Positions 46,352-53,627 of a stretch of DNA of 64,000 nt are shown here, piece after piece; position 1 is the first letter of the stretch; each line of letters starts with the position of its first letter. Made by a program: the position numbers and the translations under genes. Source of the stretch: Gaiellaceae bacterium (lineage in GTDB: Bacteria > Actinomycetota > Thermoleophilia > Gaiellales > Gaiellaceae); the NCBI GenBank assembly GCA_035457655.1, contig DATIBF010000053.1, positions 23,182 to 87,181 on the forward strand, in the 5' to 3' direction. The notes beneath the pieces were generated by a model. That model was not told the DNA's origin. It saw only the letters and a program-made list of their open reading frames with translations, and made no database searches.

Positions 46352-47484
46352 GCGCGGTCACGACGGACCACCTCATCCGTCCGCACGGCGGCGTTCTCGT
46401 TGAGCGCTCGGGCCCGCGACCCGACGACGTCGACTCGCTCGAAGTGATGACGCTCACCTCCCGCGAGCTCTCCGACCTCGACATGCTCGCCTCGGGCGCG
46501 CTCTCCCCGCTCACCGGCTTCATGGGCCGCGAGGACTACGAGGGAGTCGTCGAGTCGATGCAGCTCGCCAACGGCCTCCGCTGGGCCCTGCCCGTCTGCC
46601 TGGCGGTCGCCGAGGCGCCGAAGGGCGACCGGGTGGCGCTCGCGGACGAGTCGGGCCGCCGGCTCGCCGTGCTCGACGTCGAGGAGGTGTACTCCTACGA
46701 CAAGGAGCGCGAGGCCGAACAGTGCTTCCGGACGGCCGACGGCGAGCATCCGGGCGTGGCCCAGCTGTACGCGCAGGAGAGCTCGTACCTGGCCGGTTCG
46801 GTGAGCGTGTTCGAGCGGCTCGAACCCGAGTTTCCGGAGCTGCACCGCGATCCGGCCGACACGCGGGCGCTCTTCGCCGAGCGTGGCTGGCGGGGCGTGG
46901 TCGGCTTCCAGACCCGCAACCCCATCCACCGAGCGCACGAGTACCTGACGAAGTGCGCGCTCGAGACCGTGGACGGCCTGCTCATCCACCCGCTCGTCGG
47001 CGCGACGAAGTCGGACGACGTTCCCGTTGACGTCCGCGTGAAGGCCTACGACATTCTCGTCGAGGGCTACTACCCGGCCGACCGCGTCGTCGTCTCCGCC
47101 TTCCCGGCCGCCATGCGTTACGCAGGGCCGCGGGAGGCGATCTGGCACGCGATCTGCCGCAAGAACTACGGCTGCTCGCACTTCATCGTCGGGCGCGACC
47201 ATGCCGGCGTGGGCAACTACTACGGCACCTACGACGCCCAGCTCATCTTCGACGAGTTCGAGCCGCACGAGCTCGACATCGAGCCGATGTTCTTCGAGCA
47301 CTCGTTCTGGTGCAAGGTCTGCGGCCAGATGGCGACGGCAAAGACCTGCCCGCACGGAGGCGACGACCACGTCTTCCTCTCGGGCACGAAGGTGCGCGAG
47401 CTGCTCTCGGCGGGCAAGCTGCCGCCGGAGGAGTTCACGCGTCCCGAGGTCGCGGAGATCCTGATCGAGGCATACCGCGGCTAG
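46348..47484 (+). CDS. sat: Sulfate adenylyltransferase (homo-oligomeric ATP sulfurylase)
   Basis: [33 protein letters not shown] and [13 protein letters not shown] 46348 overlaps the cysC stop (GTGA). Confidence 0.95.
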   Translation: MSAVTTDHLIRPHGGVLVERSGPRPDDVDSLEVMTLTSRELSDLDMLASGALSPLTGFMGREDYEGVVESMQLANGLRWALPVCLAVAEAPKGDRVALADESGRRLAVLDVEEVYSYDKEREAEQCFRTADGEHPGVAQLYAQESSYLAGSVSVFERLEPEFPELHRDPADTRALFAERGWRGVVGFQTRNPIHRAHEYLTKCALETVDGLLIHPLVGATKSDDVPVDVRVKAYDILVEGYYPADRVVVSAFPAAMRYAGPREAIWHAICRKNYGCSHFIVGRDHAGVGNYYGTYDAQLIFDEFEPHELDIEPMFFEHSFWCKVCGQMATAKTCPHGGDDHVFLSGTKVRELLSAGKLPPEEFTRPEVAEILIEAYRG

Positions 47485-47537
47485 AACCCGTGTCGAAATG
47501 ACGCCTCGGGACAGGGCTTCGTTTTGACACGGGTTCT
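47483..47537 (+). promoter_or_regulatory. 16-bp stem / 23-nt loop structure pairing the sat stop codon region with the TTG start of the downstream sulfotransferase
   Basis: AGAACCCGTGTCGAAA (47483-47498) pairs with TTTTGACACGGGTTCT (47522-47537) with one G-U. TTG 47524-47526 lies inside the 3' arm. Confidence 0.6.
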
Positions 47538-48534
47538 GAACAACGACAGACCGATCATCGTCCTCGGGTGCCCGCGCTCGGGCACGACGATGCTGCAGCT
47601 CATGCTGCACAGCCACCCCAGGATCGCGATTGCGCCCGAGACTCGGTTCACGCTGCTTGCGTACCGGCAGCGCCTAGACTTTGGGAACCTCGAGGCGCCC
47701 TCCGGTCGCCGTGTGCTCGCCGAGTCGATCGTCGCGAGCCCTGCCTTCGAGAAGCTCGGCCTCGATCGGCAGCTGATGGTCGACCAGATCGTCGCGGGGC
47801 CCGCGACGGTCGGGTCGGCGATCGGGATCGTCCTGCGCGCGTACGCCGACCGGTTCGGAAAGCCACGGTGGGGCGAGAAGCGGCCGGGCTACTACCGGTA
47901 CATCCACGTGCTGATGCGCCTTTTCCCGGATGCGCAGATCGTCCACATCGTCCGCGACCCCCGAGACTGCATCGCCTCCCTCAAGCGGATGCCGTGGTGG
48001 ACGCAAGGGGCCTACCACTCGGCGTTCGCCTGGGCGCATTCGATCGATCTCACGGCGAAGGCGGCCCGGACCTGGCCGGTGCTGCGCGTGCGCTACGAGT
48101 CTCTCGTCGCCGACCCCGAGGGCGAGCTGCGGAAGCTCTCCGCGGCGCTCGGCGAGGACTACGTTCCGGAGATGGCCGCGCCGGAGCGGCTTGCCGCGGC
48201 GATCGTCCCGGATCGAGGTTGGGGTCACCGCCGGACGCGGGAGAAGCCGCCGACCACCGCCCTCATCGGCAGCTGGCAGGGGACGCTCGAGCCGTGGGAG
48301 CTCGCGCTCTGCGAGACGGTGCTCGCCGGGCGGATGGAGAGGTTCGGCTACGAGCTCACGGACGCCGGCCGCCCGTCCCCGCGGCACCTCGCGCGCTACG
48401 CGTGGGTGGCGGCAACCCGGACGCAGCACCACCGCGTCAAGCTGCTGCGCGACCGCTGGCAGCGGCGCTCCGAGCCGAACCCTGTGGCCGCCGAGCTCAC
48501 GTCCGCCCAGCGAGCGGCCGTCGGGGTCGTATAG
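47524..48534 (+). CDS. Sulfotransferase (PAPS-dependent, Sulfotransfer_1/3-like)
   Basis: 5'-PSB-type loop IVLGCPRSGTTMLQLML; later IVHIVRDPRD (3'-PB-type). Confidence 0.8.
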   Translation: MTRVLNNDRPIIVLGCPRSGTTMLQLMLHSHPRIAIAPETRFTLLAYRQRLDFGNLEAPSGRRVLAESIVASPAFEKLGLDRQLMVDQIVAGPATVGSAIGIVLRAYADRFGKPRWGEKRPGYYRYIHVLMRLFPDAQIVHIVRDPRDCIASLKRMPWWTQGAYHSAFAWAHSIDLTAKAARTWPVLRVRYESLVADPEGELRKLSAALGEDYVPEMAAPERLAAAIVPDRGWGHRRTREKPPTTALIGSWQGTLEPWELALCETVLAGRMERFGYELTDAGRPSPRHLARYAWVAATRTQHHRVKLLRDRWQRRSEPNPVAAELTSAQRAAVGVV

Positions 48535-48536
48535 AG

Positions 48537-50456
48537 CTACACCCGGACGAGCTGGCGGAGGATGCGCTCGGCGAGGGCTCCGGGCTCGCGCTCCTTCTGC
48601 GGGAGCCAGACCGAGCGCACGTAGTCGATGACGTGAGCCCCGTCGGGGGACTCGACCGGGACAACCTCGTCCGGGGGCTCGCCGCCGTCGGCGAGCGCGC
48701 GGAACACCTCCCACTCACGTCGCTTGCGCCGTGTGCGGGTCGTCGTGTGGAAGTCGGTGTCCGTCCAGTGATCGAACTCGTCGGCGTCGAGGTACTTCAG
48801 CTCGACACAGGACCAGTCGGGAAGGACGATGCGCTGGACCTCGCGCGGCAGGACGGGCTGTTCCCACTCCATCGCCTTGACGAAGCTGTAGCCGGGACGG
48901 TTCGGCCACCCCCAGGCCTCGCAGTTGGCCAGCCCGAGGTCGAGGAACGCCCGCCGGTCGTCGGCGACGTAGAGCGGAAAGCGGGGGATCTTCACGACCG
49001 CGTCGGAGGCCTCCAGCTGCCAGGCGAGGTCGCGCAGCGTGCTGACGGCCGTGTCGGTCAGGATCATGTCTGCGTCCCACTTGAGCGCGTAGCGGGTGCG
49101 CACGTGTGAGAACGACCAGTTGTAGAAGTAGACGAGGCTGTGCAGGGACATGGCCGGAGTGCCGAGGTGCTCCTCGCCGCAGCGCGCCACCGAGAACGGG
49201 TACAGGTGGATCTCGAGGCGGTCTTCGGCGCCCTCGTCGGCCGCTGTGGCACGCGCCACCTCGAGCGTCCGGTCCGTGGAGCCGTTGTCGATCAGGACGA
49301 CGCGCTCGGCGGCACGGAGGAGCGGAGGCAGCACCCAGGGGAGCGCCCGCTCCTCGTTCTTCGCCCGAACGACCGCCGTGAAGCCGGGCGCGGGCGTTCC
49401 CTCCGCCCAGCCCCAGCGGACGTTGAAGTCGGCCTGGTGCTCGAGGTTGGTCAGCACCGGCGACCTGGAGTGGCCCACGCGTCGGGCGGCACCCTGCTCC
49501 AGCCAGCCCTCGACTGTGTGCACCCGCCGGGCCATCCGATGGAGCTGGCCGATGCGCGTGTGCCTGTCGATCGTCTCCTGCACCAGCGGAACGAGCGGCG
49601 TCACCTGCTCCCGCCAGTCGGCCAGGTCGTCCTTTCCGCCGGACGGCCGGACGGGCTCGTACCCGTACTCGTCGAAGTCGGCCGCGTAGTGTCGGTTGAG
49701 CCCCTCGGCCGTGGCGGCGTCGAACGCCGACCGCGGCAGCGGGAGCGGTGTGCGGTTCTCGTGCCTCGTCTCCGTCGGCCACAGCTCTTCCGGGACGTGC
49801 GCCTTGAGGAGCGCGAGCGTCTCGTCGAGCGCCTCGAGTCGTCCGACGTGGCCGAGGGGGAGCCGAGCGACGAGATCGTGCTGAACCGCCCAGTGCACGT
49901 CGACGGCCTCCCCGGCTGCCACGGCTGCGACGAAGCGGCGAAAGTCCTCCACGGCGTCATCGGGAGAGTGGGGGACCCGGGGGAACCACGGCTCCTCTCC
50001 GTACTCCGTGAAAAAGCGAGGCTCGCGCAGGAGCAGCTTCGACTGCCACGCCGACCACAGGCGCGGGGCGGGGTCGCGAACGACGGAGAAGCGCAGCCAG
50101 CCGTCCTCGGTGAGCACGCGCTCGCGCTCCTCGCCCTCGTAGTCGGCCAGCCGCCTGCCGGGCCCCCAGAGGCTCATGTCGTGCACGGTCAGCGCGGGGG
50201 AGACCCCCGGCAGCGTCGAGTGCTCGAAGGTCTCCGCCGGGATGCCCGCGAGCTCGGACAGGAGCCAGAGCACGGTCGTCCACCCAGCCTTCGGAATGGG
50301 CAGGTACAGGACGCGCAGCTCCCGGAGCACGACCGTCCGCAACTCCACGTGCTGAGCGAACGGGAAGTCGGCCTCGCCCTGAACGGGAGGCTCGAGCGCG
50401 TCCTCCGACGCGGCGGCGGGGGCTACCGACTCGGCTGTCTCGAGGCTTTCGGTCAC
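48537..50456 (-). CDS. Bifunctional-looking fusion of an N-terminal Sulfotransfer_2-type sulfotransferase and a C-terminal GT2 glycosyltransferase
   Basis: N-terminal half: YLPIPKAGWTTVLWLL (PKxGxT 5'-PSB), FSVVRDPAPRLWSAW (3'-PB) and VDVHWAVQ. C-terminal half: TAVVRAKNEERALPWVL...VVLIDNGSTDRT and KWDADMIL (DxD). Start placed at GTG 50456. The listed 828-aa ORF start at 51023 would run antisense through the next gene. Confidence 0.8.
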   Translation of the reverse strand: MTESLETAESVAPAAASEDALEPPVQGEADFPFAQHVELRTVVLRELRVLYLPIPKAGWTTVLWLLSELAGIPAETFEHSTLPGVSPALTVHDMSLWGPGRRLADYEGEERERVLTEDGWLRFSVVRDPAPRLWSAWQSKLLLREPRFFTEYGEEPWFPRVPHSPDDAVEDFRRFVAAVAAGEAVDVHWAVQHDLVARLPLGHVGRLEALDETLALLKAHVPEELWPTETRHENRTPLPLPRSAFDAATAEGLNRHYAADFDEYGYEPVRPSGGKDDLADWREQVTPLVPLVQETIDRHTRIGQLHRMARRVHTVEGWLEQGAARRVGHSRSPVLTNLEHQADFNVRWGWAEGTPAPGFTAVVRAKNEERALPWVLPPLLRAAERVVLIDNGSTDRTLEVARATAADEGAEDRLEIHLYPFSVARCGEEHLGTPAMSLHSLVYFYNWSFSHVRTRYALKWDADMILTDTAVSTLRDLAWQLEASDAVVKIPRFPLYVADDRRAFLDLGLANCEAWGWPNRPGYSFVKAMEWEQPVLPREVQRIVLPDWSCVELKYLDADEFDHWTDTDFHTTTRTRRKRREWEVFRALADGGEPPDEVVPVESPDGAHVIDYVRSVWLPQKEREPGALAERILRQLVRV

Positions 50457-50516
50457 GTGTCCGTCGGTAGCCCAGTCTACGTCACGGTCCGGCACGGGCC
50501 GCGCCGCCGCTCTCGC

Positions 50517-50522
50517 TAAGCT
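50517..50522 (+). promoter_or_regulatory. -10-like TAAGCT, 7 nt upstream of ATG 50530 (leaderless-type arrangement) in a 73-nt divergent intergenic region
   Basis: Fits TANNNT, with no SD. Confidence 0.3.
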
Positions 50523-50529
50523 GCGCGCG

Positions 50530-51603
50530 ATGAGCACCCCGGTGGAGCAGGGCGAGCCAACAGCCGCCGTCGAGCAGCACGCGCCGTCCGACGACCGCAC
50601 CCTCGTTCTCGTCGTCGGCTCGGGTCGCAGCGGGACGAGCCTCTTCACGGGGATCATGCAGCGGCTCGGCTTCCACGTGCCGCAGCCGGAGGTGGGCGCG
50701 GACCCGACGAATCCGCGTGGGTTCGCCGAGCCCAAGTGGGTGGTCGACTTCCACAACGGGCTCCTCGGCCGCGCCGGTGTGCAGGTCGCGGACGCGAGGC
50801 CGTCCGCCTGGGCACAGACCGGCCGGGTGGCCATCGACGAGGACGTCCGGCGCAACCTGCGGGAGTGGCTCGCGGGCGAGTTCGCGAAGGACGACCACGT
50901 CATCATCAAGGACCCCCGGCTCTCCTGGTTCCTGCCCCTCTGGCGACAGGCGGCGCTCGACGTGGGCGCGTCGCCGAGATTCGTGACCGTGCTCCGCCAC
51001 CCGGCTGCCGTCATCGAGAGCAAGCAGCGCTCCTACGGCAGCTGGCAGGGCGACGTCGAGCGGACGGCCGGCTGGGTCAACCAGGTGCTCTTCACCGAGC
51101 GGGCGACCCGCGAGGGTCCCAGGGCGTTCGTCAGGTACCAGGACCTCCTCGACGACTGGACGGGCGTGACCGCCCACGTCGGGGACGCCCTCGACCTGGC
51201 CGTCGTCCGCGACGCGCCGGCGGCGACGATCGTCCAGATCCACGAGTTCGTCGACCGCTCGCTCAGCCGCTCGCGCTCGAGCTGGGAGGACTTCGAGATC
51301 CCGGAGAGCCTTCGCACGCTCGCCGATGAGGTGTGGGACCTCGTCTCCGGCCTCGCGGATCACGAGGCCGACCGCGCGGTGCTTGATCGGCTGGAAGCGG
51401 CGCGCCTCGCCTACATCGAGCTCTACGAGGACGCCGAAGCGATCGCTCAGTCCTCGATTACGGCGGCCGCGCGCGGCTCGACCGAGCGCAGCACGGCGGT
51501 CCGGGCCCTCAGAAGGGTTCCGAAGCGCTACAAGCGGAAGATCCCGCGGAGCTGGCGCGTCACCGTCTCCCGCGCTCTGTCGCGCGGCGGCGTGAACCCC
51601 TAG
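50530..51603 (+). CDS. Sulfotransferase family protein
   Basis: LVLVVGSGRSGTSLFTGIM (P-loop-like PAPS 5'-phosphosulfate binding loop) and VTVLRHPAAVIES (3'-PB-like). Confidence 0.8.
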   Translation: MSTPVEQGEPTAAVEQHAPSDDRTLVLVVGSGRSGTSLFTGIMQRLGFHVPQPEVGADPTNPRGFAEPKWVVDFHNGLLGRAGVQVADARPSAWAQTGRVAIDEDVRRNLREWLAGEFAKDDHVIIKDPRLSWFLPLWRQAALDVGASPRFVTVLRHPAAVIESKQRSYGSWQGDVERTAGWVNQVLFTERATREGPRAFVRYQDLLDDWTGVTAHVGDALDLAVVRDAPAATIVQIHEFVDRSLSRSRSSWEDFEIPESLRTLADEVWDLVSGLADHEADRAVLDRLEAARLAYIELYEDAEAIAQSSITAAARGSTERSTAVRALRRVPKRYKRKIPRSWRVTVSRALSRGGVNP

Positions 51604-53603
51604 CTCGGAGGCTGCAGGCAGGTCAAACCCGCCGTGCGGAAGGTCGGCGAGTAGCCGGCCGCTTGCAAGGTCTCGAGAGCGCCGAGCCTCCGGCTCTCGA
51701 CACAAGCTACGTCGACCCCGACAAGGCGGAGCGCCCGGCCGACGGCCGATTCGTCGCGGGGCCGCTCGGACACTCCGGTGACCGTCGCGACGAGCTCGGG
51801 CTCGAGGATCGACTGCAGCAAGAGTCGTTCCTGCACGAAAGCCTCCGGCACGTCCTCCAGCGCTCTGGTGTAGAAGACCCTCGGAGAGACCGTCGTGACG
51901 TTGCCCGACATGATGAGCAGCGTCTGCGCGACCTGTTGGGGCGCGAGGACGACGTCACCGGGCTCTGCCCGGGCGAGGATCCGTCGCGCCGCCGTCAAAG
52001 TCTCCGGAGGACGCTTCCAGGACGGCTCGGAGCGAACAGTCCCGGCGTCCCAGATCGGGCTCCCCCAGACGATCAACGCCACGCAGAGGAGCCCTGCCGG
52101 AAGCGCACGCAGCACGGCCGGGCCGGCGCGCGGCGGCAGCGCGGTGACGGCTACTCCCACGAGAGCGGCGACCGGGACGATCCAGACGACCCGCCAGAGG
52201 ACGCGGCCGATCCCGGTGACTTCCCAGATGAACGGCGGCACCGGGGGCGCGTAGAGGACGGCCACGAGCAGCACTGTCGATGCGGCCATGAGAGCGGCGC
52301 GGCGGTCGGCGATCAGCGGGGGCCCGATCAGCGCGGCCGCGACCGCGACGAACGCCAGGAAGCCGCTCCCGAGAACGATCCTGGCGATCTCGCCAGTGGC
52401 CACGTCGGAGGAGAAGTCCTCGCCGGCCCTGCGTTGCCCTGCGGCCGCGGTGACGACGAGGGCGCCGAGCGGGTAGGCGGCAACCGCCGCGAGCCCGAGC
52501 GCCGCCTCCCTGACGGAACGCAGGGCCAGTGGAGCGAGGCACCCCGCGCCGAGCGCCAGGAGCACGAAGGTTCCGCTGCTGGTCAGGCCCACCCCGGCCG
52601 CTCCGGCAGCGGCAAGTAGCACGAGCGCGCGCCGAGTGGGCCGCTCCGAGTACTCCTGCGCGAGGACGAACAGGACGGGGACGAGAACGACGAGCAGGAT
52701 GATCTTCCCCTGCCAGATGCGCCCGACGAACAGGTTGCCGAGGGTTCGGTGCTCCTCGGCGGCTATGACCAAGAAGACCATCGCGGTGGTGAGGGCGAGC
52801 CCGACGAGCGGCACTTTCCATGCGCGCAGCAGCCGCCACGTGGCCAGGACGCCGAGGACCGTCGCCAGCGGCGTGACGACCAGATAGGTCACGCCGGCGG
52901 CCGAGACGCCGACGGCTCCGGCAAGCGAGCCGATCAGCGCCTCGAAGGACGAGATTGGCGGGTAGATGATCGCCGGGAAGACCTCGTCGGAGAAGAGCGT
53001 GTCCCGCAGCGGAAAGCTGCCGTGCTCGGCGATCCACGTGGACAGATGGACGTACTGCGTGTCGTCGGCGTCCGGGCGGACGAAGAGCAACGAGAACACC
53101 GCGAGTCCGGCCGCCCAGACGAAGGCCACGACGGTTCCCGGCCACGCCCGCGCGCCGTCGGCCGCGAGGTCGAGGCGAAGTCGCCCGGTCGCCCTCAGGT
53201 ACGCGAGGCCCGTCCCTGCGGCCGCGGTCAGGAAGAGCAGGAGCCAGACGACCGCCCAGCGCGCCTCGGCGAACGCGTAGACGGCGGCGCTCAGGCCCAC
53301 TGCCGCCGAGTAGCCGCAGAGCGCGAGGGCCAGCCGGCTTGGCGGCCAGGCCGCGGGCCGCGACGGCTCGTGTGTGGGCCGTGCGTCGTCATCGCGCCGG
53401 AAGGCAATCCACGCTGACGCGACGAGCCCGGCTGCCCAGGCGATCAGAGCCCAGACGGCGTCGATTCCGAGCACCACGCACGCGTGGTAGACGACGGTCC
53501 ACGCGGCAAGGGCGAGCACGACGAAATCGAGCAAGCCGTCGCAACCGCGCGCGATACCGGCCGGCGGCAGCTGGAACGACCTTCCCGCACGCAAGTCCAC
53601 CAT
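51600..53603 (-). CDS. Large polytopic membrane protein, GT-C-like (putative lipid-carrier-dependent glycosyltransferase)
   Basis: 667 aa from ATG 53603 (MVDLRAG...), with more than 12 hydrophobic helices followed by a roughly 150-aa soluble C-terminal domain. The listed 928-aa ORF start is antisense to the next gene. Confidence 0.7.
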   Translation of the reverse strand: MVDLRAGRSFQLPPAGIARGCDGLLDFVVLALAAWTVVYHACVVLGIDAVWALIAWAAGLVASAWIAFRRDDDARPTHEPSRPAAWPPSRLALALCGYSAAVGLSAAVYAFAEARWAVVWLLLFLTAAAGTGLAYLRATGRLRLDLAADGARAWPGTVVAFVWAAGLAVFSLLFVRPDADDTQYVHLSTWIAEHGSFPLRDTLFSDEVFPAIIYPPISSFEALIGSLAGAVGVSAAGVTYLVVTPLATVLGVLATWRLLRAWKVPLVGLALTTAMVFLVIAAEEHRTLGNLFVGRIWQGKIILLVVLVPVLFVLAQEYSERPTRRALVLLAAAGAAGVGLTSSGTFVLLALGAGCLAPLALRSVREAALGLAAVAAYPLGALVVTAAAGQRRAGEDFSSDVATGEIARIVLGSGFLAFVAVAAALIGPPLIADRRAALMAASTVLLVAVLYAPPVPPFIWEVTGIGRVLWRVVWIVPVAALVGVAVTALPPRAGPAVLRALPAGLLCVALIVWGSPIWDAGTVRSEPSWKRPPETLTAARRILARAEPGDVVLAPQQVAQTLLIMSGNVTTVSPRVFYTRALEDVPEAFVQERLLLQSILEPELVATVTGVSERPRDESAVGRALRLVGVDVACVESRRLGALETLQAAGYSPTFRTAGLTCLQPPS

Positions 53604-53627
53604 AGTAAGCAACCGGAGCCACTCGGC

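Noticed and set aside
50457-51023. An N-terminal 189-residue extension of the sulfotransferase-GT2 fusion, as listed for ORF 48537..51023.
   Set aside because: The extension is antisense to the well-supported sulfotransferase gene 50530..51603 and is Ser/Thr/Arg/Cys-rich nonsense. In-frame GTG 50456 gives a sensible divergent arrangement.
51600-51603. A palindromic CTAG providing overlapping stop codons for convergent genes.
   Set aside because: It is real in the sequence, but it is a trivial consequence of TAG stops on both strands and carries no independent functional implication.
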